Shown in pieces: positions 38,555 to 47,697 of a stretch of DNA of 64,000 nucleotides (positions are counted from its first letter, which is position 1; the number at the start of each line of letters is the position of its first letter). The stretch spans positions 1,096 through 65,095 of the forward strand of contig CANRJP010000002.1 of NCBI GenBank assembly GCA_947630975.1. Direction: 5' to 3'. The position numbers and the translations under genes were made by a program. The notes beneath the pieces were generated by a model that made no database searches, was not told where the DNA came from, and saw only the letters and a program-made list of their open reading frames with translations. The DNA is from an uncultured Clostridia bacterium. Lineage in GTDB: Bacteria; Bacillota; Clostridia; UMGS1883.

Positions 38555-40612
38555 TTACTGTTCCAAAAACTTCTCCCGGAGGGCCTTGCGTTCTTCGTCG
38601 GTCAAACCGAGCCGCTCCCTTAAGAAATTGTCCATCGAGCCGTATTTTTTCTTTACGCTGTCAAAAGCCACACTGAGGTATTTTTCGTCCACTCCTTTTG
38701 TCGCGGCTAAAAGCTCGACGGTTTCATCGCCGTCAAGGCCGTTCGCCTCGGCGACCGTTCGCATCTCGGCTATGTCGGACGCGTAAGCCTCGTTGGAAAT
38801 CAGGTAGTCGCGCATAACCATATCTTCGTCCGCTCCCAGGGCGATCAGCAGCAGAGCCGACGCAATGCCCGCCCTGTCCTTCCCTTGGGCGCTGTGAAAG
38901 ATTATTGGCTCTCCTTCTTCCGCCGCAAGCAAGACGTCAAAAAATAGGGAGTACTCCGCCTGAACGTGATCGACCAAAAGCAGCCTTTCGTATCTTTCGG
39001 TGATTATGCCGTTCCGCGCGTAGGCTATCGACCTCTTTAAATTGTCCCCGTCCTCGGGTTCGATTTCGCCGAGCTTTATTTCGGTCTCATCGCTGAACAT
39101 TTTTCCCCCGTAGACCGGTATGGAAATATATTGCGCTCCGTTTATTCCGACGTCGGGATTTTCCGCTTTTTCCGCCTCTGTACGGAAATCAACGATGTAT
39201 TTTATACCGTATTGTTCGGCGAGGGTGTTCGCGTCCTTTGGCGACAGCCATGACAGCATACCGCTGCGGAAAAGTACATTTTCCTTTATTCTCCGTCCGT
39301 CTATGCAAGGATAGCCCCCAAGCTGGCGGGCGTTGTTGGCGGACATGATGTTTATTGCCTGGGTTTTCGCCGTATAATTTTCGGGGCGGGCGGCGGAATT
39401 TTGTATCGTTACCTCTTGAATATCGTTGTTCCAGCCCACATTTAAATTAAAGCTCTCCGCCACAAATCTTATTGGCAGCATGGTCTTTTCCCCGATTATG
39501 ACCGGAGCGGTATCAAGGACGTGCGGCTCCCCGTTAAGATAGGCCGTGGGATCGTCGATTTGCAGCACTACGGTGTTGCCGCCCCGGTTCAGCGTCACGG
39601 TTTGAGTCTCGCCGTCCCAGAGCACCTCGCCGCCGAGCTCCTCCACAACGGCCCGGACGGGGAGAAAGGTTCTGCCGTTTACAATGACGGGCGTTGTCCC
39701 GTCTGAGTCGATGGGCTTATCCTCTCCGTTCACCGTCATAATGGGATCGTTTATACGCAGCTTGATGTTCAGCGCCTTTTCGGCCTTTGCCTCGGAGGAA
39801 TAAGGATTTGACGCCCAAACGCGGACATAATCGACTTCAGTCCTGGCGGGCAGGGCGTTGATACCCGTGTCGGTTCCGCCGCCCGCCCAGGCGGACGACT
39901 CCATTGTCAGCAGCATTTTGCCGCCAAGGGGACATATGCCGCCGCCTTGAGAGCGCCAGGTCTCTTTGCCGTCCACATAAAAAATATAGTCTGTTTCGGT
40001 TCGCCAAAGACCGAAGGTATGAAATTCGCCGTCATAAATATCGAGATTGGAATGGGTGCGGCTATCCTTTTTTATGTCGTTCCCGTAGCCGTCCCAATGA
40101 AGCGCGTGGTTGCAGCACCCATCCTCACTGTTGATGCTTTCTATAATGTCTATCTCAATACCGTCGCTGCTGGTGCCGTCCACATTGAGAACGTCGCCCG
40201 CCATTATCCAGAAAGCTCCCCAAGTGCCCGGCGCCACAGGAAAGCGCACCGAGGCTTCATAGTATCCGTATCCGAAGGAAGCGCTGTCGTTTGTACAAAC
40301 GGCGCCCGAGTGGACGCGGTTTTCAGCCTCGTTCCACTCCGCGTCCAAAACCAGTTGACCGTTCCCGTTAAGATAGGAGAGGGAGTTGTCCCATATATCC
40401 ATGCCCTCACAGCGTATCATTTCCGGACAGCGCATCCATTTGTCCGGATCAAGCTCGCTTCCGTCGAAATTATCCTCAAAAATAAGGGGCGGAGCCGAAA
40501 TCTGAGCCTCCGGCAGCTCCTCCGCGGCACAGCTCCCGCTCACGGCTCCGAAAACAGTTGTTATAACCGCGACTAAACAAAATGCTTTTTTGCCAAAACA
40601 ATGTACCATCAA
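38555..40612 (-). CDS. secreted GH16 glycoside hydrolase fused to two copper-amine-oxidase-N-like domains and a C-terminal PTP-like (Y_phosphatase3) domain
   Basis: Signal peptide. GH16 catalytic motif EIDIIE. CuAO-N-like repeats (VNGRTFLPVRAVVEELGGEV / GEKTMLPIRFVAESFNLNV). PTP-like loop HSAQGKDRAG and DYLISN. Confidence 0.75.
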   Translation of the reverse strand: MMVHCFGKKAFCLVAVITTVFGAVSGSCAAEELPEAQISAPPLIFEDNFDGSELDPDKWMRCPEMIRCEGMDIWDNSLSYLNGNGQLVLDAEWNEAENRVHSGAVCTNDSASFGYGYYEASVRFPVAPGTWGAFWIMAGDVLNVDGTSSDGIEIDIIESINSEDGCCNHALHWDGYGNDIKKDSRTHSNLDIYDGEFHTFGLWRTETDYIFYVDGKETWRSQGGGICPLGGKMLLTMESSAWAGGGTDTGINALPARTEVDYVRVWASNPYSSEAKAEKALNIKLRINDPIMTVNGEDKPIDSDGTTPVIVNGRTFLPVRAVVEELGGEVLWDGETQTVTLNRGGNTVVLQIDDPTAYLNGEPHVLDTAPVIIGEKTMLPIRFVAESFNLNVGWNNDIQEVTIQNSAARPENYTAKTQAINIMSANNARQLGGYPCIDGRRIKENVLFRSGMLSWLSPKDANTLAEQYGIKYIVDFRTEAEKAENPDVGINGAQYISIPVYGGKMFSDETEIKLGEIEPEDGDNLKRSIAYARNGIITERYERLLLVDHVQAEYSLFFDVLLAAEEGEPIIFHSAQGKDRAGIASALLLIALGADEDMVMRDYLISNEAYASDIAEMRTVAEANGLDGDETVELLAATKGVDEKYLSVAFDSVKKKYGSMDNFLRERLGLTDEERKALREKFLEQ

Positions 40613-40779
40613 AATACCTCCATATGCGGCCCGTGGGCCGTACTCAATATGTATTATAGCACAAAAAATAAGGTTTGTCTATCTCGAAAATGAAAAATTT
40701 ATGATTTCATATCTGTACAGAAAAGATGGCCTTGAGAAGCATCATGAAATCCGACCGCTACAAAAAATTTTATCCGCCC

Positions 40780-40808
40780 TTGACAGGAAGAAAATTTTGT
40801 GATATATT
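40780..40808 (+). promoter_or_regulatory. putative promoter TTGACA-17-TATATT upstream of the riboswitch
   Basis: Hexamers read directly. Followed by a (TATTATATGTG)x3 microsatellite. Confidence 0.35.
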
Positions 40809-40844
40809 ATATGTGTATTATATGTGTATTATATGTGAAACTGA

Positions 40845-41060
40845 ATAGGCTGCGGGTGCCGGGCGTTCGCCAAGGCGAAAAGGGCCCGGTGAAAAGGGAA
40901 ACAGGTGAAAGTCCTGTACGAACTCGTCACTGTAATTACGGAGCCGGGAAGGAATATGTCACTGACCCTTCGGGGTTGGGAAGGCCCTTCCAAGCGATGA
41001 TGTATAAGCCAGGAGACCTGCCCGCCGCCGGTACGCGGAGCTTCGGCTCCAATGCCACGA
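40845..41060 (+). ncRNA. cobalamin (AdoCbl) riboswitch
   Basis: GGTGCCGGG...AAGGGAA.CAGGTGAAA.TCC...GTCACTG core and B12-box AAGCCAGGAGACCTGCC at 41007-41023. Sits 5' of a B12 transport/biosynthesis operon. Confidence 0.75.
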
Positions 41061-41084
41061 GTAATTGGCAGTACGGTTAAACGG

Positions 41085-41142
41085 ACACTTGTGTGCGTCT
41101 GTTTTTGGTGCGCCTTGCTTTGCGGCAACGGCGCATTTTTTG
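41085..41142 (+). terminator. riboswitch expression-platform terminator (GCGCC...GGCGC + T6; preceded by second T-run)
   Basis: Stem followed by TTTTTT just before ATG 41158. Confidence 0.4.
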
Positions 41143-41157
41143 TTTGGAAGTGACGGC

Positions 41158-41577
41158 ATGAACGAAATAAAAGACGGAACATATACCGTCGACGTAGATC
41201 TTAGCGGCGGCAGCGGACGGGCAAAGATCGAAAGCCCGACGGAGCTTACTGTAAAGGACGGAGAAATCAAAGCCAAAATTTGTTGGGACAGCCCCAGCTA
41301 TGATTATATGGAAATCGGGGGCAGGGAGTATTATCCGGTCAATAAAGAGGGCAATTCGGTGTTTGTCATTGACGCGGAGCTGGACAGGGAGCTTTCGGTC
41401 AAGGCCGAGACCGTTGCCATGAGCAGGCCCCATATGATAGATTACACCTTGTATTTCGACTCGGCTTCACTGCGCGGGAGCGGCGGCGCGGCGTATGCCG
41501 TATGCGGCGCCGCGCTTGCGGCGATCGCCGCTGCCGCAGTTATAGTTTTAAGGATAAGGAAAAGGCATGAAAAATAA
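41158..41577 (+). CDS. hypothetical C-terminally TM-anchored protein (paralog A), first gene after B12 riboswitch
   Basis: ATG after the terminator. The 5' extension in the ORF track overlaps the riboswitch. Single C-terminal TM helix plus basic tail RIRKRHEK. Paralogous to 45380-45922. Confidence 0.55.
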   Translation: MNEIKDGTYTVDVDLSGGSGRAKIESPTELTVKDGEIKAKICWDSPSYDYMEIGGREYYPVNKEGNSVFVIDAELDRELSVKAETVAMSRPHMIDYTLYFDSASLRGSGGAAYAVCGAALAAIAAAAVIVLRIRKRHEK

Positions 41578-42715
41578 GCTCGTCATAATTTTTTTGATAA
41601 TTTTAATAATTTTGTCAGGCTGCGGAAAAGAGCCGATGGCTCCGGCTTTGCCGGACAAGGCGGAGGAATTGCCCGGCCTGACCTTCGCCGAACGGGAGGA
41701 ACTCCTCTACGCCGACCAATTCGCCATCGACCGCTATGAGGACGGGTACTCCCTGATACATATCGCGGACGGAGAAAAATATCTTGTGGCGCCGGAGAAC
41801 GGAAAAATCCCCGACGGCCTCGCCCCGGAGATAAAAGTTGTCAGGCGGCCTGTAAGCAACGTTTACATGGCGGCCACGGCGGCGATGGATCTGTTCGACG
41901 CTCTTAACAGAGTGGACGCGGTGCGCTTTTCTTCGGTCAAGGCCGACGGCTGGTACATAGACGGGGCGAGAGAGGCGATGGAGCGGGGAGAAATGCTGTA
42001 TGCCGGAAAATACAGTCTGCCGGATTACGAGCTGCTTCTCTCGGCGGGGTGCGGCCTTTCCGTACAGTCCACCATGATATATCACGCGCCGGAGGTAAGG
42101 GAAAAATTGGAGGAGCTGGGTATAACCGTGTTTGTCGACCGCTCCAGCTACGAAAGCCACCCTCTCGGCCGCTGTGAGTGGGTGAAGCTTTACGGAGAAC
42201 TGTTGGGGGAGAGCGCCTTGGCCGAAAAGCTGTTTGACGAACAAAAGTCGTATCTTGAAAGCCTCGGCCCCGCCGACGGCGGAAAGACAGCCGTCTGCTT
42301 TTACATTAGCGGCGGCGGACGGATAGTGACCCGCAGGGCCGGGGATTACGTTTCGAAAATGATTGAGCTGGCCGGAGGCAGAAATATCCTTTCCGAGCCA
42401 GGTGGGGACGGCGCTCTTTCCACCGTGACCATGGAGCCGGAGGAGTTTTATTCAAAGGCGAAGGAAGCGGACGTGATTATTTATGACGGAGCGATTACCG
42501 GCGAGATCGGCAGCGTTGACGAGCTCATATCAAAAAATTCCCTGCTGGCGGACTTCAAAGCGGTAAAAAACGGCGATGTCTGGTGTACCGGCAAGAGCTT
42601 TTTTCAGGGGACGATGAGCGTCGGCGAGACAATATCCGAACTCAATATGATTTTTACCGGCGGCTCCGGGGAGTTGTCCCATTTTTCTAAATTAAAAGGC
42701 GGCGATGCCCCTTGA
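41567..42715 (+). CDS. btuF: ABC transporter substrate-binding lipoprotein (BtuF-like, cobalamin/siderophore family)
   Basis: Lipobox ILSGC. Class III SBP architecture. Position in the riboswitch-controlled operon. Confidence 0.75.
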   Translation: MKNKLVIIFLIILIILSGCGKEPMAPALPDKAEELPGLTFAEREELLYADQFAIDRYEDGYSLIHIADGEKYLVAPENGKIPDGLAPEIKVVRRPVSNVYMAATAAMDLFDALNRVDAVRFSSVKADGWYIDGAREAMERGEMLYAGKYSLPDYELLLSAGCGLSVQSTMIYHAPEVREKLEELGITVFVDRSSYESHPLGRCEWVKLYGELLGESALAEKLFDEQKSYLESLGPADGGKTAVCFYISGGGRIVTRRAGDYVSKMIELAGGRNILSEPGGDGALSTVTMEPEEFYSKAKEADVIIYDGAITGEIGSVDELISKNSLLADFKAVKNGDVWCTGKSFFQGTMSVGETISELNMIFTGGSGELSHFSKLKGGDAP

Positions 42716-43713
42716 GACGTTTAAAATTCAAGACAGCGGCTGTATTCGCCGGGCTGGCCGCTCTGTCTCTGGTTCTTTTGGGGGCCAATCTCTTTATCGG
42801 CAGCGTCAGGCTTTCCGCCGTCGAGACGGTCGGCGGCCTTTTCTCCGGCGACGCGATAATATGGAAGATAAGGCTCCCAAGAGCTGTTGCGGCCATTCTT
42901 TTGGGCGGAGCGCTGGCCCTGTCGGGATACCTGTTGCAGACCTTTTTCAACAATCCGATCGCCGGCCCCTTTGTGCTTGGAGTCAGCTCGGGCGCCAAGC
43001 TGGCCGTGGCTCTGACAATGATAGCCGCCGCCGGAGCCGGACGGGCGTTGAACTCCTTTTCCACGGTGGCCGCAGCCTTTGCCGGATCCATGCTCTCGCT
43101 GGGATTTATTCTGCTTGTTTCGCGAAAGGTGGGACGGGTGAGCCTGCTTGTGGTCTGCGGCGTTATGATAGGCTACATCTGCTCGGCGGCGACGGATTTC
43201 GCGGTGACATTCGCCGGAGACGCGGACATAGTCAATCTGCGGGACTGGGCCATGGGCAGCTTTTCCGGCACGGATATGGACAGTGTGGCGGTCATGGCGG
43301 CGATAGTTCCGGCGGCGTCGGTTTGCGCGTTTTTGCTCTCCAAGCCGATAGGCGCTTACCGCTTGGGCGAGGGCTATGCGAGAAGCTCGGGCGTGAGGGT
43401 GGGGCTGCTCAGAGCGGCGCTCATAATCCTGTCGGGACTGCTGGCGGCCTGCGTCACCGCGTTTGCCGGGCCGGTGTCCTTTGTGGGCATAGCCGCGCCC
43501 CATATCGTGAGGCTGCTGTTGGGCACATCGAAGCCCACGGTGCTGATACCCGCCTGCTTTTTGGGAGGAGGGATATTCTGTTCGGCCTGCGACCTTGTGG
43601 CCCGCACGGCTTTTGCTCCCACCGAGCTCGGCATCAGTACGGTGACGGCGATTTTCGGTGCGCCGGTGGTAATTGGGATAATGCTTCGGCGGAAGAGGGG
43701 TGAAGCCGTGTGA
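42712..43713 (+). CDS. btuC: FecCD-family ABC permease (BtuC-like)
   Basis: ~9-10 TM segments and FecCD family signatures. Confidence 0.8.
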   Translation: MRRLKFKTAAVFAGLAALSLVLLGANLFIGSVRLSAVETVGGLFSGDAIIWKIRLPRAVAAILLGGALALSGYLLQTFFNNPIAGPFVLGVSSGAKLAVALTMIAAAGAGRALNSFSTVAAAFAGSMLSLGFILLVSRKVGRVSLLVVCGVMIGYICSAATDFAVTFAGDADIVNLRDWAMGSFSGTDMDSVAVMAAIVPAASVCAFLLSKPIGAYRLGEGYARSSGVRVGLLRAALIILSGLLAACVTAFAGPVSFVGIAAPHIVRLLLGTSKPTVLIPACFLGGGIFCSACDLVARTAFAPTELGISTVTAIFGAPVVIGIMLRRKRGEAV

Positions 43714-44477
43714 ACGATGTCCTCGTTTCGGTTGAAAACCTTTCGGCGGGCTACGGTAAGCCCGTGGCGGAAGATGTGGATTTTGCCGTCAGGGGCGGAG
43801 AAGTGCTCGTCCTCATCGGCCCGAACGGAGGAGGAAAGTCCACCCTATTGAGGACGCTTGCCGGCGAGCTTAAAAAGCTTGGCGGCAAAGTGCTCCTTTG
43901 CGGAATCGACACGGACAGGCTTTCCCCAAAAGAAAGGGCGAAAAGGCTTTCCGTCCTGCTGACCGCCCGGCCCCGCACCGACAGAATGACCTGCCGGGAG
44001 GTGGTCGAGACGGGCCGTTATCCCTACACCGGCCGTTTCGGCGTACTTTCCCGAGACGATAAAAACGCGGTGAAAAGGGCGCTGGAGCTGGCGGGAGTGT
44101 CCGAGCTGTCGGATTGTGACTTCTCGCGGATAAGCGACGGCCAGCGTCAGCGGGTGATGCTGGCGCGGGCCGTATGTCAGGAGCCGGAGGTCATGATACT
44201 CGACGAGCCCACGTCTTATCTCGACATCCACCACAAGCTGATATTTCTCGACAGCCTTCAAACGCTGGCGAAAGAAAAGTCCGTCGCCGTTATTTTGTCG
44301 ATGCACGAGCTTGACCTTGCGGAAAAAATCGCCGACCGGGCCGTATGTATAAAGGATGGCCATGTTTTTCGGTCGGGAACGCCGGACGAAATTTTTAAGG
44401 AGGAGGTCCTTCGGGAGCTTTTTGACCTCCCGGATGAACTTTATAAAAAATATTTTGTGAAAGGAAAATCATTATGA
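43710..44477 (+). CDS. btuD: ABC transporter ATP-binding protein (BtuD/FepC-like)
   Basis: Walker A GPNGGGKST, signature SDGQRQRVMLARAV, Walker B ILDEPTS. Confidence 0.85.
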   Translation: MNDVLVSVENLSAGYGKPVAEDVDFAVRGGEVLVLIGPNGGGKSTLLRTLAGELKKLGGKVLLCGIDTDRLSPKERAKRLSVLLTARPRTDRMTCREVVETGRYPYTGRFGVLSRDDKNAVKRALELAGVSELSDCDFSRISDGQRQRVMLARAVCQEPEVMILDEPTSYLDIHHKLIFLDSLQTLAKEKSVAVILSMHELDLAEKIADRAVCIKDGHVFRSGTPDEIFKEEVLRELFDLPDELYKKYFVKGKSL

Positions 44478-45376
44478 AAAAGAGAACCGCATTGGCCGCG
44501 GCCCTTGCCGCGATTCTGACCCTTGGCGGCTGCGCGTCAACAAAGACCGCCGGAGATGTTGAAAAGGAGCCCGAGACCAAAACCGCCGACAAACCGGTCA
44601 TTCTCGTGGTAAGCTTCGGCACCAGCTATAACGACAGCCGTGACAGGACGATTGGGGCCATCGAAAACGCCATCGCCGCCGCCAATCCCGATTACGAGGT
44701 GCGCAGAGCCTTTACAAGCCAGATAATAATCGACAAGCTTAAGGAGCGGGACGGCCTTGAGATAGACAATGTGGAAGAGGCCCTTGACCGCCTTGTTGCC
44801 GACGGCGTAAAAGAGCTTGTCGTCCAGCCGACCCACGTCATGAGCGGCTTTGAGTATGACGATTTGGCCGCCGCCGTTGAGGAATACAGGCCCGATTTTG
44901 ACAAGGTCGCGATGGGTAAGCCTTTGCTTACCTCCGACGGGGATTATACGAGAGTGGCGTCCGCGCTCATGGAAGCCACCGAGGAGTATGATACGGAGGA
45001 TACGGCCATTGTGTTCATGGGTCACGGCACGGAGCACGAATCCAACGGTGTCTACACCAAGCTTCAGGAAACCTTCAGTCAGGCGGAGGCGTACAATTAT
45101 TTTGTCGGCACCGTCGAGGCTACTCCCGGCCTTGAGGACGTTATGTCGAACGTTATTCTGGGCAATTATCCCAAGGTGGTATTGGAGCCCCTGATGGTCG
45201 TCGCCGGCGACCACGCCAACAACGATATGGCGGGCGACGGCGAAGATTCGTGGAAGTCCGCCATGGAGTCGGCGGGCCTCGAGGTGGAGTGTCTGCTGCG
45301 CGGCATGGGCGAGATCCCCGCCATACAGCAGATATATGTTGACCACGTTGCCGACGCGATAGCCTCGATGGAGTAA
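44474..45376 (+). CDS. cbiK: CbiK-type sirohydrochlorin cobaltochelatase homolog with lipoprotein signal peptide (extracytoplasmic)
   Basis: Close motif-by-motif similarity to Salmonella CbiK (VVSFGTSY, FMGHG, MVVAGDHANNDMAGDGEDSWK). N-terminal lipobox LTLGGC. Confidence 0.8.
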   Translation: MKKRTALAAALAAILTLGGCASTKTAGDVEKEPETKTADKPVILVVSFGTSYNDSRDRTIGAIENAIAAANPDYEVRRAFTSQIIIDKLKERDGLEIDNVEEALDRLVADGVKELVVQPTHVMSGFEYDDLAAAVEEYRPDFDKVAMGKPLLTSDGDYTRVASALMEATEEYDTEDTAIVFMGHGTEHESNGVYTKLQETFSQAEAYNYFVGTVEATPGLEDVMSNVILGNYPKVVLEPLMVVAGDHANNDMAGDGEDSWKSAMESAGLEVECLLRGMGEIPAIQQIYVDHVADAIASME

Positions 45377-45379
45377 AAG

Positions 45380-45922
45380 ATGAAAAAAATATCAGCGTTT
45401 ATCTTTTTACTTTTCATTTTTGCGCCGTCGGTCTTTGCCGCCGATGAAGCCGCCTTATACGGCAAAGACATAAAGGACGGCGTATATCAAATAGAGGTGG
45501 AGTCCAGTTCCTCGATGTTCCGCGTCGTCGGCTGTGAGCTGACCGTAAAAGAGGGCGAAATGACCGCCCTCATGACCCTGAGCGGCACCGGATATGAAAA
45601 GCTGTTCATGGGCACCGGCGAGGAGGCCGCCTCCGCTCGGGACGGCGAGTACATATATTTCGAGGAGGACAGCCAAGGCAAATATACTTACAGCGTTCCG
45701 GTAGAAGCGCTGAACACGGATATTTCCTGCGCGGCATTCAGCATACGGCGTCAAAAATGGTACGACCGCACGCTTGTATTCAAAGCCGACACTCTGCCCG
45801 AGGGAGCCGTCGGCGCCTCCAAACCTGTGCCGCTGCCTCTGACGGTAACGGCGGTGCTTGTTATTGCCGCGTCCGCTTTTGTTCTGATTATGGAAAGGCG
45901 GCGGAGCCGGAATGAAAACTGA
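45380..45922 (+). CDS. hypothetical secreted, C-terminally TM-anchored protein (paralog B)
   Basis: Signal peptide and C-terminal TM plus basic tail ERRRSRNEN. Shares IKDG.Y...V.....ELTVK[DE]GE and downstream blocks with 41158-41577. Confidence 0.55.
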   Translation: MKKISAFIFLLFIFAPSVFAADEAALYGKDIKDGVYQIEVESSSSMFRVVGCELTVKEGEMTALMTLSGTGYEKLFMGTGEEAASARDGEYIYFEEDSQGKYTYSVPVEALNTDISCAAFSIRRQKWYDRTLVFKADTLPEGAVGASKPVPLPLTVTAVLVIAASAFVLIMERRRSRNEN

Positions 45923-46553
45923 AAATTCCTCTCCCACGGAGATAGAACGGCGAAGCATGGAAATCATCGAGGCGGAGCTGGGCCCGACGCCGGAGCTTTC
46001 CGCCCCGGAAAGGGCGGTGCTCAAACGTGTCGTCCATACCACGGCGGATCTCGATTACCGCCGGAACCTTAAGTTTTCCGACGACGCCGTGGAGCTTGGC
46101 CTTGAGGCGCTGAGGGCGGGGGCGGTCATCGTAACCGATACGAACATGGCTCTCGCGGGCATAAGCAAGCCGACGCTTAAGGCGCTCCGCTGCGAGGCGG
46201 TCTGTTACATGGCCGCCCCGGAAGCGGCGGAAAGGGCCGAAATGAACGGAACCACCCGAGCCTCCGCCGCGATGGATATGGCGGCGGAGACATACGAAAA
46301 CAGAAACGTCATATTCGCGGTAGGCAACGCTCCCACGGCTCTCCTTCGGCTCTGTGAGCTGGCGGAAAACGGCGGTATAAGCCCCGCCCTTGTTATCGGC
46401 GCTCCGGTGGGATTTGTAAATGTGGAGCGCTCGAAGGAGCGCTTAACAAGGTCGGGACTGCCCTATATTGCCGCCATGGGCCGCAAAGGCGGCAGCGCGG
46501 TGGCGGCGGCGGTCTGCAACGCGCTTTTGTATATGCTTTACCGCAGGGAGTGA
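45912..46553 (+). CDS. cbiC: cobalt-precorrin-8 methylmutase
   Basis: CbiC/CobH family length and motifs (VIVTDTNM, VGNAPTAL). Confidence 0.85.
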   Translation: MKTENSSPTEIERRSMEIIEAELGPTPELSAPERAVLKRVVHTTADLDYRRNLKFSDDAVELGLEALRAGAVIVTDTNMALAGISKPTLKALRCEAVCYMAAPEAAERAEMNGTTRASAAMDMAAETYENRNVIFAVGNAPTALLRLCELAENGGISPALVIGAPVGFVNVERSKERLTRSGLPYIAAMGRKGGSAVAAAVCNALLYMLYRRE

Positions 46554-46557
46554 CGCC

Positions 46558-47697
46558 ATGCCGGAGAGTTATGTATTCAAAAACGGCAAGCGCCTGCGCC
46601 GAGGCTATACCACCGGCTCCTGCGCCGCCGCCGCGGCGGGAGCGGCGGCGGAAATGCTGCTGACCGGTAAAACCGTCGGGAGCGTTCGGCTGCGGGTCCC
46701 GGCGGGAGAGACCCTCGAGCTTGAAATTTTGGAGCCGGAGATCGGCGGGGATTACGCCGCCTGTTATGTGAGGAAGGACGCCGGCGACGATCCGGACGTG
46801 ACGGACGGAATTTTGGTCGGCGCAAAGGCGGAAATTATCCCCTCCGGAATTGAGATAGTCGGAGGAGAGGGCGTGGGACGGGTAACAAAGCCCGGCCTTG
46901 ACCAACCGGTGGGGGCGGCGGCCATAAACTCCGTGCCCCGAAAAATGATAGCGGAGGCGGCGGCCACAGCCTGCGAGGCCTTGGGCTATGAGGGCGGGAT
47001 AAGGATCACCGTTTCCGTCCCCGGCGGAGAGGAGCTTGCGAAAAAAACCTACAATCCGCGCATGGGTATCGTGGGCGGGATTTCGATAATCGGCACCACC
47101 GGCATTGTGGAGCCCATGAGCACGGCCGCCGTGATCGAAACGGCCCGCGCGGAAATGCGTATGCGCCGGGCCGAAGGGGCGGAAACCCTCCTGCTCACGG
47201 TCGGCAATTACGGCAGGAGCTTTCTGGCCCGTGAACTGCCGCTGGCCTTTGACAAAAGCGTCAAATGCGGGAACTTTATCGGCGAGGCCCTTGATTCCGC
47301 CGTCGAGCTGGGATTTTCCGGCGCACTCATCGTGGGCCACATAGGCAAGCTTGTGAAACTGGGCGCGGGCATAATGAACACCCACTCTTCCGTTGCCGAC
47401 GGGCGCATGGAGGTGCTCGTGACCTGCGGCCTGCTGGCCGGAACAGAGTCGGAGACGCTTAAAAAGATCCCCGGCTGCGCCACTGCGGACGCGGCTCTCG
47501 CCCTCCTTGACGCCGACGGGACAAGGGAAAAAACAGCCGCCCTGCTTATGGAACGGGCCGGATATTACCTCGACGCGAGGGTGAAGGGTGAAATAAAAAC
47601 GGGCGCGGTGATGTTTTCGGACAGGTTTGGAGTCATAGGCAGGACTGACGGAGCGGAAGAACTGGTTGAAAGGATCGTGAGGGAGAACAATGGTTAA
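46558..47697 (+). CDS. cbiD: cobalt-precorrin-5B C1-methyltransferase
   Basis: GYTTGSCAAAA N-terminal motif. Confidence 0.85.
   Translation: MPESYVFKNGKRLRRGYTTGSCAAAAAGAAAEMLLTGKTVGSVRLRVPAGETLELEILEPEIGGDYAACYVRKDAGDDPDVTDGILVGAKAEIIPSGIEIVGGEGVGRVTKPGLDQPVGAAAINSVPRKMIAEAAATACEALGYEGGIRITVSVPGGEELAKKTYNPRMGIVGGISIIGTTGIVEPMSTAAVIETARAEMRMRRAEGAETLLLTVGNYGRSFLARELPLAFDKSVKCGNFIGEALDSAVELGFSGALIVGHIGKLVKLGAGIMNTHSSVADGRMEVLVTCGLLAGTESETLKKIPGCATADAALALLDADGTREKTAALLMERAGYYLDARVKGEIKTGAVMFSDRFGVIGRTDGAEELVERIVRENNG

Noticed and set aside
41065-41157. N-terminal extension (MAVRLNGHLCASVFGAP...) of the first riboswitch-controlled gene in the ORF track.
   Set aside because: It overlaps the riboswitch 3' end and the terminator hairpin. 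The first ATG after the terminator (41158) is the plausible start.
42705-43703. Alternative-frame 332-aa ORF overlapping the FecCD permease gene.
   Set aside because: Arg/Gly-rich with no TM segments. The 42712 frame encodes a bona fide FecCD permease.
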